DNA of 64,000 nucleotides from Escherichia coli (GTDB lineage Bacteria; Pseudomonadota; Gammaproteobacteria; Enterobacterales; Enterobacteriaceae): NCBI RefSeq assembly GCF_045037415.1, contig NZ_CP173438.1; one strand, 5' to 3'. Shown piece by piece: positions 22,222 to 34,559 of this stretch (position 1 is its first letter; each line of letters starts with the position of its first letter). The notes under the pieces were generated by a model. It saw only the letters and a program-made list of their open reading frames with translations, ran no database searches and was not told where the DNA came from. The position numbers and the translations under genes were made by a program.

Positions 22222-23336
22222 GCCTGTTTATCCTCATTGCCTGGCTGATGTTCGGTTTCTGTAGGTTGCTGGTTATGACGTCTGCGCTGGTCAACGGCGC
22301 TGGCGACTGCGTGCACACCAACAGCCGCTGCCACCACGCCAAGCGCGGTTAAACCGACGGTGTCGGCGGTGGAATGGGTACCCATTTGTGGAATATCGAC
22401 CACGCGGCTGTAGAACGAACCGCGATCCCAGAAACCATTTTCCGCACAACCCAGGCAGCCGTGACCTGACTGGATCGGGAAGGAAACGCCATCGTTCCAG
22501 CGTGTGGAGGAACAGGCGTTATAGGTGGTAGGCCCTTTGCAGCCCATTTTGTACAGGCAGTAACCTTTGCGGGCAGCGTCATCATCCCAACTCTGGACGA
22601 ACTCTCCGGCGTCGAAGTGAGCGCGGCGATAGCATTTATCGTGGATACGCTGACCATAAAACATCAGTGGACGGCCCATTCTGTCGACATCCGGCAGACG
22701 ATCAAACGTCACCATGTAAGTAATGATGGCGCTCATCACATCCGGGATCGGCGGGCAGCCAGGTACTTTGATAATGGGTTTGTCGGTGATGACTTTGTCG
22801 ATAGGCGTTGCCTGCGTCGGATTAGGTCGCGCGGCCTGAACGCAGCCCCAGGACGCGCAGGTTCCCCAGGCGATAATCGCACTGGCTCCAGCGGCGGCAC
22901 GCTTGAGTTTCTCAATAAACGGTCGTCCGCTGCTGATACAGAACATCCCCTGCTCGCCCAGCGGCGGATTACCTTCTACTGCGAGGATATATTTGCCATT
23001 GTATTGCGCGATGATGTCTTCAAAGACTTCTTCCGCCTGGGTTCCGGCGGCAGCCATCAAAGTATCGTCGTAATCGAGGGAAATCAGGGAAAGGATGACG
23101 TCCTTCGCCAGTGGGTGAGCGGAGCGGATAAAAGATTCGGTACAGCAGGTGCATTCCAGGCCGTGGATCCATACCACCGGAATGCGCGGTTTATTCTCCA
23201 GCGCCCAGGCAATCTTTGGTGCCATTCCCGCGCCTAATCCCAGCGACGTGGCAGCCAGACTACAATATTTGAGAAAGCTGCGCCGGGTAACGCCCTGACG
23301 CCGCATGGCCTGGTAAAATGTTTCCTCGTTATTCAT
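22218..23336 (-). CDS. hyaA: [NiFe] hydrogenase-1 small subunit HyaA (Tat signal)
   Basis: 372 aa from [26 protein letters not shown] (twin-arginine signal). Confidence 0.92.
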
Positions 23337-23763
23337 ATCGCACGTCTCTTCTCCTTGCGACACCGGCAGAACACCGGGCGCACATGGTCGGCAAGCGACG
23401 TCCCTGTAGCAAGGCAAACCATCGCTTCACGTGAGATGCTGAAAACGAAAGCTCATCCTTCTGCACTGGCGCACGTCGCCAGAAAGTATTGTTAATAAAG
23501 CGTAGTGAAACTTTTGCACAAAACAATACAAACTGTGTGGATTTATCTTTTAGCGATAAAAATGGACCTATTTTTCTTTTTGCCGGGTGGTGGGGATGTT
23601 TAGCCGGTTGCTAAACGAGTAAATAGAGAAGGAATTCATGGTGATGAAATGATCAATCTGCTGTTGTTTCACGCTATCAATGCACTTTTGGCTATTTTTC
23701 AGGCAAACAAACAAATTAGGGGTTTACACGCCGCATCGGGATGTTTATAGTGCGCGTCATTCC

Positions 23764-23851
23764 GGAAGTGTGGCCGAGCGGTTGAAGGCACCGGTCTTGA
23801 AAACCGGCGACCCGAAAGGGTTCCAGAGTTCGAATCTCTGCGCTTCCGCCA
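23764..23851 (+). tRNA. serT: tRNA-Ser (anticodon UGA)
   Basis: 88-nt sequence GGAAGTGTGGCCGAGCGG...CGCTTCCGCCA with long variable arm, anticodon loop cTTGAaa and encoded CCA end. Confidence 0.95.
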
Positions 23852-23861
23852 AATAAGATAA

Positions 23862-23893
23862 GGGGTTAGCTAAATGCTAACCCCTTTTTCTTT
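23862..23893 (+). terminator. Rho-independent terminator downstream of serT
   Basis: ggggttagc-taaat-gctaacccc hairpin followed by TTTTTCTTTT. Confidence 0.8.
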
Positions 23894-24059
23894 TGCCTGT
23901 CGAAATTCTCAGGGCGTTATATCACTGCCTAATGACCTGATAATCCGCTGTTAAACCTGTTCCAGATCAAATGCGTAAAGATGGGTAAAACTTCTGGGTG
24001 CCCTTACGCATTATCATTATGCTGCTTAATTAATTACATCTGTCATAGAGAGTGACTCA

Positions 24060-24719
24060 ATGGATCGTATAGTTAGTTCTTCACATGACCGTACATCGCT
24101 GCTTAGCACCCATAAGGTGCTGCGTAATACCTATTTTCTGCTGAGCCTGACGCTGGCCTTTTCGGCGATTACCGCAACTGCCAGTACGGTGCTGATGCTG
24201 CCATCTCCGGGTCTGATTCTGACGCTGGTGGGTATGTATGGTTTGATGTTCCTGACCTACAAAACGGCGAATAAGCCGACCGGGATTATCTCCGCATTCG
24301 CCTTTACCGGTTTTCTGGGTTATATCCTCGGACCAATTCTGAACACCTATCTGTCTGCCGGAATGGGTGACGTAATCGCTATGGCACTGGGCGGAACGGC
24401 GTTAGTGTTCTTCTGCTGCTCTGCGTATGTGCTGACCACCCGCAAAGATATGTCTTTCCTCGGCGGTATGCTGATGGCGGGTATTGTGGTGGTGCTGATT
24501 GGTATGGTTGCTAATATCTTCCTGCAACTGCCTGCTCTGCATCTGGCGATCAGCGCGGTCTTCATTCTGATCTCCTCTGGCGCTATCTTGTTTGAAACCA
24601 GCAACATCATTCATGGCGGTGAAACGAACTATATTCGTGCCACGGTTAGCCTGTATGTTTCGCTGTACAACATCTTCGTCAGCCTGCTGAGCATTCTGGG
24701 CTTCGCCAGCCGCGATTAA
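24060..24719 (+). CDS. yccA: Inner-membrane protein YccA (BAX-inhibitor-1 family, modulator of FtsH)
   Basis: 219-aa polytopic membrane [29 protein letters not shown]... Confidence 0.92.
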   Translation: MDRIVSSSHDRTSLLSTHKVLRNTYFLLSLTLAFSAITATASTVLMLPSPGLILTLVGMYGLMFLTYKTANKPTGIISAFAFTGFLGYILGPILNTYLSAGMGDVIAMALGGTALVFFCCSAYVLTTRKDMSFLGGMLMAGIVVVLIGMVANIFLQLPALHLAISAVFILISSGAILFETSNIIHGGETNYIRATVSLYVSLYNIFVSLLSILGFASRD

Positions 24720-24810
24720 TCTCGCCCAGGGTTACTTACCGAGCCTCGCTTTATGCGGGGCTTTGTTTTTTGTTACACTGCCGCCAGTCTGATTAAGGTA
24801 GTAAAGAATT

Positions 24811-25140
24811 ATGCTGATCTTCGAAGGTAAAGAGATAGAAACGGATACCGAAGGCTATCTCAAAGAAAGCAGCCAGTGGAGTGAGCCGCTGGCGGTGGTG
24901 ATTGCAGAAAACGAAGGGATTACTCTGTCGCCAGAACACTGGGAAGTGGTGCGTTTTGTGCGTGATTTCTATCTGGAATTCAATACTTCTCCGGCGATTC
25001 GTATGCTGGTAAAAGCGATGGCGAATAAATTTGGCGAAGAGAAAGGCAATAGCCGCTATCTGTACCGACTGTTCCCGAAAGGTCCGGCAAAGCAAGCCAC
25101 CAAAATTGCTGGCCTGCCTAAACCGGTAAAATGCATTTAA
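24811..25140 (+). CDS. tusE: Sulfur-relay protein TusE (DsrC-like)
   Basis: 109-aa ORF ending ...GLPKPVKCI with conserved C-terminal Cys. Confidence 0.92.
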   Translation: MLIFEGKEIETDTEGYLKESSQWSEPLAVVIAENEGITLSPEHWEVVRFVRDFYLEFNTSPAIRMLVKAMANKFGEEKGNSRYLYRLFPKGPAKQATKIAGLPKPVKCI

Positions 25141-25415
25141 CGGATACGAAAATCCGTTAACTCCCCGGAGGGATGATGCGGCTCGCTGAGCACCCGTTCC
25201 ACACGCGCAGAACGCGGGCCGCCACTTTTTAACCACTGCATTAATTTTTCCACCTGCCCTTCTTCACCGCAGGCAACCACTTCCACGCTGCCATCGTCAA
25301 GATTTTTGGCGTACCCGGTTAGTCCCAGTTTTTTCGCTTCGTACTGCGTGGTGTAGCGGAATCCTACGCCCTGAACTCGCCCGTAAACCCAGGCAATTAT
25401 GCAGACTTTCGACAT
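25137..25415 (-). CDS. yccX: Acylphosphatase YccX
   Basis: 92 aa from [23 protein letters not shown] (acylphosphatase signature VQGVGFR); ORF track start moved to the internal Met. Confidence 0.88.
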   Translation of the reverse strand: MSKVCIIAWVYGRVQGVGFRYTTQYEAKKLGLTGYAKNLDDGSVEVVACGEEGQVEKLMQWLKSGGPRSARVERVLSEPHHPSGELTDFRIR

Positions 25416-25509
25416 TGCTGCTCTCCTTATCCTTAATGGACGCGTTGCAAATCCATGGAAAACTCCGGACAATGACGCCCATTTCTTTGCATCGACAGAA
25501 AAGTAAATT

Positions 25510-26700
25510 ATGAGTGTACGTTTAGTGTTAGCCAAAGGGCGCGAAAAATCATTACTTCGTCGCCATCCGTGGGTCTTTTCCGGGGCCGTTGCCCGCATGG
25601 AAGGTAAAGCCAGCCTCGGTGAAACCATCGATATTGTTGATCATCAGGGAAAATGGTTAGCACGCGGCGCTTATTCGCCAGCTTCGCAAATCCGGGCGCG
25701 CGTCTGGACGTTTGACCCGTCTGAGTCTATCGACATTGCTTTTTTTACCCGCCGTTTGCAGCAAGCACAAAAATGGCGTGACTGGCTGGCGCAAAAAGAT
25801 GGCCTCGACAGCTATCGTTTAATCGCCGGTGAATCTGATGGCCTGCCGGGTATTACTATCGATCGTTTCGGTAATTTTCTGGTGCTGCAATTGCTGAGTG
25901 CTGGCGCAGAGTATCAGCGCGCGGCATTAATTAGCGCCCTGCAAACGTTGTACCCGGAATGTGCCATTTACGATCGCAGCGACGTCGCGGTACGTAAAAA
26001 AGAAGGGATGGAGCTGACTCAGGGCCCCATCACCGGCGAGTTGCCGCCTGCCCTGCTGCCGATTGAAGAACACGGCATGAAACTGCTGGTGGATATTCAG
26101 CACGGGCACAAAACGGGCTACTACCTGGACCAGCGTGACAGCCGCCTGGCTACCCGCCGCTACGTCGAAAATAAACGCGTACTTAACTGTTTCTCCTATA
26201 CCGGTGGTTTCGCCGTATCGGCATTGATGGGCGGTTGCAGCCAGGTTGTCAGCGTTGATACCTCCCAGGAAGCGCTGGATATTGCACGGCAGAACGTTGA
26301 GCTGAACAAACTGGATCTGAGCAAGGCAGAGTTTGTCCGTGATGATGTCTTTAAATTGCTGCGTACTTATCGCGATCGCGGTGAAAAATTTGATGTTATC
26401 GTGATGGACCCGCCGAAGTTTGTTGAGAATAAAAGCCAGTTGATGGGCGCGTGCCGTGGCTATAAAGACATCAACATGCTGGCGATTCAGTTGCTGAATG
26501 AAGGCGGTGTTCTCCTGACTTTCTCCTGTTCCGGTCTGATGACCAGCGATTTATTTCAGAAAATCATCGCGGATGCCGCAATTGATGCCGGTCGTGATGT
26601 ACAATTTATAGAGCAGTTCCGTCAGGCCGCCGATCATCCGGTGATCGCTACCTACCCGGAAGGGCTATATCTGAAAGGGTTTGCCTGTCGCGTCATGTAA
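25510..26700 (+). CDS. rlmI: 23S rRNA m5C1962 methyltransferase RlmI
   Basis: 396-aa ORF with PUA and SAM-methyltransferase regions. Confidence 0.92.
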   Translation: MSVRLVLAKGREKSLLRRHPWVFSGAVARMEGKASLGETIDIVDHQGKWLARGAYSPASQIRARVWTFDPSESIDIAFFTRRLQQAQKWRDWLAQKDGLDSYRLIAGESDGLPGITIDRFGNFLVLQLLSAGAEYQRAALISALQTLYPECAIYDRSDVAVRKKEGMELTQGPITGELPPALLPIEEHGMKLLVDIQHGHKTGYYLDQRDSRLATRRYVENKRVLNCFSYTGGFAVSALMGGCSQVVSVDTSQEALDIARQNVELNKLDLSKAEFVRDDVFKLLRTYRDRGEKFDVIVMDPPKFVENKSQLMGACRGYKDINMLAIQLLNEGGVLLTFSCSGLMTSDLFQKIIADAAIDAGRDVQFIEQFRQAADHPVIATYPEGLYLKGFACRVM

Positions 26701-27075
<375 letters not shown>

Positions 27076-27089
27076 TTCTCATAAACATA

Positions 27090-27120
27090 CCCGGAAGGTT
27101 TTCGCCTTCCGGGTATTTTT
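27090..27120. terminator. Bidirectional hairpin terminator between hspQ and yccU
   Basis: cccggaagg-ttttcg-ccttccggg followed by TATTTTTT. Confidence 0.8.
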
Positions 27121-27533
27121 TATTTTGCCAGGCCCAGGCGAGGGATCTCAATAGCCGGGCAGCGATCCATCACCACATTTAACCCGGCATCCCGTGCCAG
27201 TACTGCCGCTTGCTCATTAATCACCCCCAGTTGCATCCAGAGGGTTTTCGCGCCAATGGCGATAGCTTCCTGCGCCACGCCCCACGCCGCTTCTGAATTA
27301 CGGAAAACATCGACCATATCGACTTTTTCCGGAACGTCTGCCAGCGTGCCATACCCCTGCTGGCCCAGCAGTGTTTTGCCGGCAACTTTTGGCGAAACAG
27401 GAATGACGTGATACCCCTGGTCGAGTAGATATTTCATCACGCGATAGCTGGGACGATCGGGTTTGTCGCTTGCCCCCACCAGCGCAATGGTGTGAGTGGA
27501 CGTTAAAATGCCTGCAATATCGGTTTCTTTCAT
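27120..27533 (-). CDS. yccU: CoA-binding protein YccU
   Basis: 137 aa from [30 protein letters not shown]. Confidence 0.88.
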   Translation of the reverse strand: MKETDIAGILTSTHTIALVGASDKPDRPSYRVMKYLLDQGYHVIPVSPKVAGKTLLGQQGYGTLADVPEKVDMVDVFRNSEAAWGVAQEAIAIGAKTLWMQLGVINEQAAVLARDAGLNVVMDRCPAIEIPRLGLAK

Positions 27534-27705
27534 TATTTCCTCCAGACTGTTTAACAAAGTGTACGACAAAGCCGACATGCCAACCATGCAGCTAATACGA
27601 ATGAATGAGAGCAAAAGCGGGAAATATGTCTATATGTTAGTAAGTATGATTAAAGAAAAATTTTGACACATTATTATTCGGGCGGTCTTTTAACAGGAGC
27701 TATCT

Positions 27706-28368
27706 ATGAAAACCGGCATCGTGACCACCTTGATTGCATTATGTTTGCCGGTATCCGTTTTTGCCACCACGCTGCGGCTTTCTACTGATGTCGATCTTCT
27801 GGTACTCGACGGTAAGAAGGTTTCCAGCTCTCTGCTGCGCGGTGCGGACAGCATTGAACTGGACAATGGACCGCATCAGTTAGTGTTTCGCGTTGAGAAG
27901 ACGATTCATCTTTCCAATAGTGAAGAACGGCTCTATATCTCCCCTCCACTGGTGGTTAGTTTTAATACCCAGCTCATCAACCAGGTCAATTTTCGCCTGC
28001 CTCGCCTGGAGAATGAGCGGGAAGCTAACCATTTTGATGCCGCGCCGCGCCTTGAATTGTTGGATGGCGATGCGACGCCGATTCCGGTAAAGCTGGATAT
28101 TCTCGCCATTACCTCAACGGCAAAAACGATTGATTATGAGGTCGAGGTTGAACGCTATAACAAATCCGCGAAACGCGCTTCACTACCGCAATTTGCCACG
28201 ATGATGGCAGATGACAGTACGCTGCTTTCGGGTGTTTCCGAGCTGGATGCTATTCCACCGCAGTCTCAGGTGCTCACAGAACAACGGCTGAAGTATTGGT
28301 TTAAACTGGCTGACCCACAAACGCGAAATACTTTCCTGCAATGGGCGGAAAAACAACCATCCTCCTGA
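27706..28368 (+). CDS. yccT: Periplasmic protein YccT (DUF2057)
   Basis: 220-aa ORF with signal peptide [20 protein letters not shown]. Confidence 0.9.
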
Positions 28369-28463
28369 GATTTTTGTGCCTGTGCGCAGGCTTTTTCAGT
28401 CTTTATCTTGCAGCGATAAGTACTTACAGTAATCTGTAGGAAAGTTAACTACGGATGTACATT

Positions 28464-28922
28464 ATGGAACTGACGACTCGCACTTTACCTTCGCGGAAAC
28501 ATATTGCGCTGGTGGCACACGATCACTGCAAACAAATGCTGATGAGCTGGGTGGAACGGCATCAACCGTTACTGGAACAACACGTACTGTATGCAACAGG
28601 CACTACCGGTAACTTAATTTCCCGCGCGACCGGCATGAACGTCAACGCGATGTTGAGTGGCCCAATGGGGGGTGACCAGCAGGTTGGCGCATTGATCTCA
28701 GAAGGGAAAATTGATGTATTGATTTTCTTCTGGGACCCACTAAATGCCGTGCCGCACGATCCTGACGTGAAAGCCTTGCTGCGTCTGGCAACGGTATGGA
28801 ACATTCCGGTCGCCACCAACGTGGCAACGGCAGACTTCATTATCCAGTCACCGCATTTTAACGACGCGGTCGATATTCTGATCCCCGATTATCAGCGTTA
28901 TCTCGCGGACCGTCTGAAGTAA
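28464..28922 (+). CDS. mgsA: Methylglyoxal synthase MgsA
   Basis: 152 aa from [23 protein letters not shown]. Confidence 0.92.
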
Positions 28923-28953
28923 TATTGCACAGGTGGCAAACGCCACCTGTTTC

Positions 28954-31008
28954 TTACGGTTTTCTCGCCACCGGCACATCCAGATTTTTCAGTATTTCGA
29001 CAAAAGGAGAGGGATTCTCTTTGTTAAACAGTGCCCATACCCGATGGCGTGCCCGGGTCAGCGCCACGTACATTAACCGCCGTTCTTCAGCGTCCGGGAA
29101 ATCCTCAACCGGTGGCAGTAGCGCCTCTTCCATAATCGACTCCCGCGCCGCAGCCGGAAAACCATCACTCCCCTCCTGCAAGCCAACGATGATGACGTAA
29201 TCCGCCTGTTGCCCTTTGCTGGCATGAATGGTCATAAAGTCGATTTGCAACTTCGGCCAGCGTGTTGCCGCTTTTTCCAGGCTGGCAGGCCTCATGTGAT
29301 GGTAACGCGCCAGGATCAGAATGCGCTCTTCCGGTTTGGCATAACCAGAGAGCTTATCCAGCAAAGCGTCAAGTTGCCCCTCATCCAATAATGTGACGGC
29401 TTTTTTGTCTCCATTGGTTAAGCTGTTTAGCGGCTTTTTAAGCTGGCCTGGGTTCTGCTGAATAAACCTGTTTGCCACCTCACCGATACGACTGTTAAAA
29501 CGGTAGGTCGTGTCTAAATCACAGCGATCACCTTCACCAAAGTTTTCATGGAAAGCCGTGGTGAGCGACATTTGCGCCCCGCTGAATCGGTAAATCGCCT
29601 GCCAGTCATCACCAACAGCGAACAACGTCGTTTGACTATTTTGCTTGCGTAATGCCGCTAACAACGCTGCACGCTGCGGCGAGATATCCTGAAATTCATC
29701 AACCAGAATATGCTTCCACGGGCTGATAAAGCGACCTTTCTCCAGAATCACAATCGCCTGGTGAATAAGGCCCGAAAAATCGACAGCGTTTTCTGCCTTC
29801 AGCGCACCTTTCCAGGCTTTTAATAACGGGGCCATCAACTTGATACGTTTACTGAACAGATCGCGAATCTCTTCGGGTGCACTGGCAATCATTTCTGCCT
29901 GTGCACCACCGTGCATCCGCATCAGACTTACCCAGCGATCGAGGCGAGAGGCAAGACGACGCTGTAATTTTTCATCATCCCAGAAATTACCTTCTGGCAC
30001 TGACCACTGCATTTCTTCCGTCAGCCATTGCCGCCAGCCCTTCGCCTGCGCTTTCTTTTCGCTGCATTGCTTGCGCCACTCAGCAATAAAAAGTTCATGA
30101 CGGGCAGCGGTATCATTTTCCAGTTTGCTGACTATCGGAACTTTTTTGCTGCCCTGCTGAATAATATGCAGCGCCAGCGCATGAAATGTGCGTGCGGTAA
30201 TGTCTTCGGTATGTAGTCGTTCTCGAATACGCTCGTCCATCTCTTCAGCGGCTTTGCGACCAAACGCCAGCAATAAAATTTGCTCAGGGGACGCTTCACC
30301 ACGCGCCAGCAACCAGCCTGCACGGGCCACCAGCACCGACGTTTTTCCGCTTCCTGCACCAGCCAGCACTAACAAAGAATGCTCGCCATTAACGACTGCC
30401 CGGGCCTGCGCCGGATTCAGCGGTGAAGACTCGACCTGGCGGAAAAAATCCGCATACTCGGTAAGCATGGCTTCGGTATACGCCTGATTATGCTGCAACC
30501 GAGCGCCTTCAATGTCTTTCAACCAGGCCTGACATTTACGCCACGCCTCACGGCAGTTATCGAATTCTTCCAGTCGGTTAACCGGCAATGGTAACGCCGA
30601 CAAAGCCTGGCGGATTTGTTGCTGCATACCAGAGGTTTGCTCACGCGTCAGCCATTTATTTTCTCCGGTGCGCGTGGCAATCAAATCCAGTTGCTGACGT
30701 AAAACGCCAGACGCAATTTCGCTCATCTCGCCACTCCACCGCCGCCAGTGAGCATCAAGATGATGGTAAAAACGCTGCGTCTCGCCCCATTCGGTGCCGT
30801 GCAGACGCACCACTTTTTCGTCCGGCAGTACAAACTCCAGTTCGCCCCATACCAGACCGCGCTTACAGTGAATCGCCAGTAATTGATTGAAAGGAATAAG
30901 GTATTCGTGGCGATCGCCGGAGACTTTAATCCCGGCATTGAGGATCACCGCCCGATCGTAAGGGTGCTGTGCCAGACGTTTTCCAAGCGTTGTCGCTTTC
31001 AGTTCCAT
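28954..31008 (-). CDS. helD: DNA helicase IV HelD
   Basis: 684 aa from MELKATTLGKRLAQHPYDR; UvrD-like helicase with Walker A GAGSGKTS. Confidence 0.92.
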   Translation of the reverse strand: MELKATTLGKRLAQHPYDRAVILNAGIKVSGDRHEYLIPFNQLLAIHCKRGLVWGELEFVLPDEKVVRLHGTEWGETQRFYHHLDAHWRRWSGEMSEIASGVLRQQLDLIATRTGENKWLTREQTSGMQQQIRQALSALPLPVNRLEEFDNCREAWRKCQAWLKDIEGARLQHNQAYTEAMLTEYADFFRQVESSPLNPAQARAVVNGEHSLLVLAGAGSGKTSVLVARAGWLLARGEASPEQILLLAFGRKAAEEMDERIRERLHTEDITARTFHALALHIIQQGSKKVPIVSKLENDTAARHELFIAEWRKQCSEKKAQAKGWRQWLTEEMQWSVPEGNFWDDEKLQRRLASRLDRWVSLMRMHGGAQAEMIASAPEEIRDLFSKRIKLMAPLLKAWKGALKAENAVDFSGLIHQAIVILEKGRFISPWKHILVDEFQDISPQRAALLAALRKQNSQTTLFAVGDDWQAIYRFSGAQMSLTTAFHENFGEGDRCDLDTTYRFNSRIGEVANRFIQQNPGQLKKPLNSLTNGDKKAVTLLDEGQLDALLDKLSGYAKPEERILILARYHHMRPASLEKAATRWPKLQIDFMTIHASKGQQADYVIIVGLQEGSDGFPAAARESIMEEALLPPVEDFPDAEERRLMYVALTRARHRVWALFNKENPSPFVEILKNLDVPVARKP

Positions 31009-31130
31009 GACTCTGTAGATCCACACGAAATTATTTCTTATCAGTGTAACCGTCAGAGAAAACGTGCTCCAGCCCAAAAAAACGTTACAATTGCCGCCCA
31101 TTACTGAAAACCACAGTAAAGCGAGGTTTT

Positions 31131-31577
31131 ATGCGTACCGTTTTGAACATTCTGAACTTTGTGCTTGGCGGATTTGCCACCACTCTGGGCTGGCTGTTGG
31201 CGACTCTGGTCAGTATTGTGCTGATTTTTACCTTACCACTGACACGATCCTGCTGGGAGATCACTAAACTGTCTCTGGTGCCTTATGGCAATGAAGCTAT
31301 TCATGTCGATGAACTGAACCCGGCTGGCAAAAATGTGCTGCTGAATACTGGCGGTACGGTATTGAATATTTTCTGGCTGATTTTCTTTGGCTGGTGGTTA
31401 TGCCTGATGCACATTGCAACGGGCATCGCACAATGTATTTCCATCATTGGCATTCCTGTCGGTATTGCGAACTTTAAAATTGCCGCTATTGCACTATGGC
31501 CGGTCGGTCGTCGCGTGGTATCGGTAGAAACAGCGCAAGCTGCGCGCGAAGCCAATGCACGTCGTCGTTTTGAATAA
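31131..31577 (+). CDS. yccF: Inner-membrane protein YccF (DUF307)
   Basis: 148-aa hydrophobic ORF. Confidence 0.9.
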   Translation: MRTVLNILNFVLGGFATTLGWLLATLVSIVLIFTLPLTRSCWEITKLSLVPYGNEAIHVDELNPAGKNVLLNTGGTVLNIFWLIFFGWWLCLMHIATGIAQCISIIGIPVGIANFKIAAIALWPVGRRVVSVETAQAAREANARRRFE

Positions 31578-31595
31578 TCCACTAATATGGCCTTT

Positions 31596-33749
31596 ATGCT
31601 AAGTCCTTTGCTCAAACGCTATACCTGGAAAAGCGCCTGGCTGTATTACGCGCGTATTTTTATTGCGCTTTGTGGAACCACAGCGTTTCCGTGGTGGCTG
31701 GGTGATGTAAAACTGACGATTCCGCTGACGCTTGGGATGGTGGCAGCGGCGCTGACCGATCTCGATGACCGACTGGCGGGACGTTTGCGTAACCTCATCA
31801 TTACGCTGTTCTGCTTTTTTATCGCCTCGGCCTCAGTAGAATTGCTGTTTCCCTGGCCCTGGCTATTTGCGATTGGCTTAACGCTCTCTACCAGCGGCTT
31901 CATTTTGCTCGGCGGTCTGGGTCAACGCTATGCAACAATTGCCTTCGGTGCATTGCTGATCGCCATTTACACTATGTTGGGAACATCACTGTATGAGCAC
32001 TGGTATCAGCAGCCGATGTATCTTCTGGCCGGTGCCGTCTGGTACAACGTCCTGACACTTATTGGTCATCTGCTGTTCCCGGTCCGCCCGCTGCAGGACA
32101 ACCTGGCGCGTTGCTATGAACAACTGGCGCGTTATCTTGAGCTCAAGTCGCGCATGTTTGATCCTGATATTGAAGATGAAAGCCAGGCACCGCTGTACGA
32201 TTTGGCTCTCGCCAACGGTCAGCTGATGGCGACATTGAATCAGACGAAACTCTCGCTGCTGACCCGCTTACGTGGCGATCGTGGTCAACGGGGAACGCGT
32301 CGCACACTGCATTATTACTTTGTCGCGCAGGATATTCACGAGCGTGCCAGCTCTTCTCATATTCAATATCAAACATTGCGTGAACATTTTCGCCACAGCG
32401 ACGTGCTGTTCCGTTTTCAGCGGCTGATGTCGATGCAGGGCCAGGCGTGCCAGCAACTGTCACGCTGTATTTTGCTGCGTCAGCCTTATCAACATGATCC
32501 GCATTTTGAGCGCGCTTTTACGCATATTGATGCTGCGCTGGAGCGGATGCGCGATAACGGCGCGCCTGCTGATTTACTCAAAACACTGGGATTTTTACTG
32601 AACAATTTACGTGCCATTGATGCCCAACTGGCAACAATTGAATCAGAACAGGCCCAGGCACTGCCCCATAATAATGACGAAAATGAGCTCGCTGATGACA
32701 GCCCGCACGGATTGAGTGATATCTGGCTGCGTCTTAGCCGTCACTTCACGCCGGAATCCGCCCTCTTCCGTCATGCGGTAAGAATGTCGCTGGTGTTGTG
32801 CTTCGGCTACGCCATCATTCAGATAACCGGAATGCATCACGGGTATTGGATCTTGCTGACAAGTTTGTTTGTCTGCCAGCCAAACTATAACGCCACGCGC
32901 CACCGCCTGAAGTTAAGGATTATTGGTACGCTGGTAGGTATCGCAATTGGTATTCCTGTGCTGTGGTTTGTGCCATCATTGGAAGGGCAGCTGGTGCTGC
33001 TGGTTATTACCGGCGTGCTCTTTTTTGCCTTCCGTAACGTGCAATACGCCCATGCAACGATGTTCATCACACTTTTGGTGCTACTGTGTTTCAACTTGCT
33101 GGGTGAAGGTTTTGAAGTGGCGTTACCTCGCGTAATCGATACGCTGATTGGTTGTGCCATTGCGTGGGCGGCAGTGAGCTACATCTGGCCTGACTGGAAG
33201 TTTCGCAATCTGCCGCGAATGCTCGAACGCGCCACAGAGGCCAACTGCCGGTATCTCGATGCCATACTGGAACAATACCATCAGGGGCGTGATAACCGTC
33301 TGGCGTATCGTATTGCCCGCCGCGATGCACACAACCGTGATGCTGAACTGGCGTCGGTGGTATCAAATATGTCCAGCGAACCGAACGTTACCCCGCAAAT
33401 TCGCGAAGCCGCGTTTCGGTTGCTGTGCCTTAACCATACGTTTACCAGCTATATCTCAGCCCTCGGTGCTCACCGGGAGCAGTTAACTAATCCTGAAATT
33501 CTGGCGTTTCTTGATGACGCCGTTTGCTATGTTGATGACGCGCTACATCATCAACCTGCTGATGAAGAACGCGTCAATCAGGCATTAGCTGGCCTGAAAC
33601 AGCGGATGCAGCAACTTGAACCACGGGCAGACAGCAAAGAACCTCTGGTCGTACAACAAGTTGGGTTATTGATTGCATTACTGCCAGAGATTGGTCGTCT
33701 GCAACGCCAGATTACTCAAGTTCCGCAGGAAACTCCTGTTTCGGCGTAA
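31596..33749 (+). CDS. yccS: Putative membrane transporter YccS (FUSC-like)
   Basis: 717 aa from MLSPLLKRYTWKSAWLYYARIF; 3' end overlaps sxy by 38 bp. Confidence 0.9.
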   Translation: MLSPLLKRYTWKSAWLYYARIFIALCGTTAFPWWLGDVKLTIPLTLGMVAAALTDLDDRLAGRLRNLIITLFCFFIASASVELLFPWPWLFAIGLTLSTSGFILLGGLGQRYATIAFGALLIAIYTMLGTSLYEHWYQQPMYLLAGAVWYNVLTLIGHLLFPVRPLQDNLARCYEQLARYLELKSRMFDPDIEDESQAPLYDLALANGQLMATLNQTKLSLLTRLRGDRGQRGTRRTLHYYFVAQDIHERASSSHIQYQTLREHFRHSDVLFRFQRLMSMQGQACQQLSRCILLRQPYQHDPHFERAFTHIDAALERMRDNGAPADLLKTLGFLLNNLRAIDAQLATIESEQAQALPHNNDENELADDSPHGLSDIWLRLSRHFTPESALFRHAVRMSLVLCFGYAIIQITGMHHGYWILLTSLFVCQPNYNATRHRLKLRIIGTLVGIAIGIPVLWFVPSLEGQLVLLVITGVLFFAFRNVQYAHATMFITLLVLLCFNLLGEGFEVALPRVIDTLIGCAIAWAAVSYIWPDWKFRNLPRMLERATEANCRYLDAILEQYHQGRDNRLAYRIARRDAHNRDAELASVVSNMSSEPNVTPQIREAAFRLLCLNHTFTSYISALGAHREQLTNPEILAFLDDAVCYVDDALHHQPADEERVNQALAGLKQRMQQLEPRADSKEPLVVQQVGLLIALLPEIGRLQRQITQVPQETPVSA

Positions 33750-34341
33750 GAGAGTCAGCCCATTCTGCAAGCTCCTGGCGGCGTGCCACTGGGAGCGCAG
33801 CTTCATGAATGCCGATAATGGCCCCTTCAAGCATAAACAGAATCTTTTCTGTCACCAGACAGTTTTGCTGCCGCAGTCGCAACCAACACATTTTTGCCCC
33901 AAGTATACGTAACGCCCGTACATCCTTAATCCCCACCTCCCCGAGAATCGCTTCCAGATGAAAAGACATATTGGGCAAATCTTTCAGTCTTTCCCGGGTA
34001 TTGCGCGTGCTTTTCTCTTTCAGCGCTGCATCGAGAGAATATTTCGACAGACGCACCAGCTTCAGTTGATTTCGCCATAGACTTTCATCAACTCGATAGT
34101 AATTGAGGGTAACGGATCGGCCACACTTTTTATATGTCAGCCAGACAGGCGGATGTTTTACACAGTACTGTGCACTTTGCTCACAAGCCCGAAGATACAA
34201 CTCACCATCAGAAACCATCGCAAACACCGTGTCGTCAACGGTCAGGCTGTAACTACCAAACAATGATCGGTATTCAATTGTGCCCAACGTTGCCAGGTAT
34301 TCTTGTGATTTATAGATCCGCTTATAGGAGAGGCTTTTCAT
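33712..34341 (-). CDS. sxy: Competence regulator Sxy/TfoX
   Basis: 209-aa ORF MKSLSYKRIYKSQEYLATLGTIEYRSLFGSYSL... Confidence 0.92.
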   Translation of the reverse strand: MKSLSYKRIYKSQEYLATLGTIEYRSLFGSYSLTVDDTVFAMVSDGELYLRACEQSAQYCVKHPPVWLTYKKCGRSVTLNYYRVDESLWRNQLKLVRLSKYSLDAALKEKSTRNTRERLKDLPNMSFHLEAILGEVGIKDVRALRILGAKMCWLRLRQQNCLVTEKILFMLEGAIIGIHEAALPVARRQELAEWADSLTPKQEFPAELE

Positions 34342-34517
34342 AAAATTCCTTTTAAAATCATAACATAAAAGAATGATTCACATTAACGGATCCGTTAACT
34401 ACGAAAATAGGCAACTTATTCTTAAGGGGCAAGATTAATTTATGTTTTCCCGCCACCAACGACAAAATTTGCGAGGCTCTTTCCGAAAATAGGGTTGATC
34501 TTTGTCGTCACTGGATG

Positions 34518-34537
34518 TACTGTACATTCATACAGTA
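34518..34537 (+). promoter_or_regulatory. LexA (SOS) box of sulA promoter
   Basis: tactgtacattcatacagta is a CTGT-N8-ACAG palindrome about 25 bp upstream of the sulA ATG. Confidence 0.85.
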
Positions 34538-34559
34538 ACTCACAGGGGCTGGATTGATT

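Noticed and set aside
23764-24059. serT tRNA as a possible integration site for a genomic island or prophage
   Set aside because: The tRNA 3' flank runs through a terminator straight into yccA within 208 bp; no integrase, direct repeat of the tRNA 3' end, or foreign DNA is present.
24720-24770. Possible terminator after yccA (gcctcgc...gcggggc followed by T-run)
   Set aside because: The stem is imperfect and short; not confident enough to annotate as a feature.
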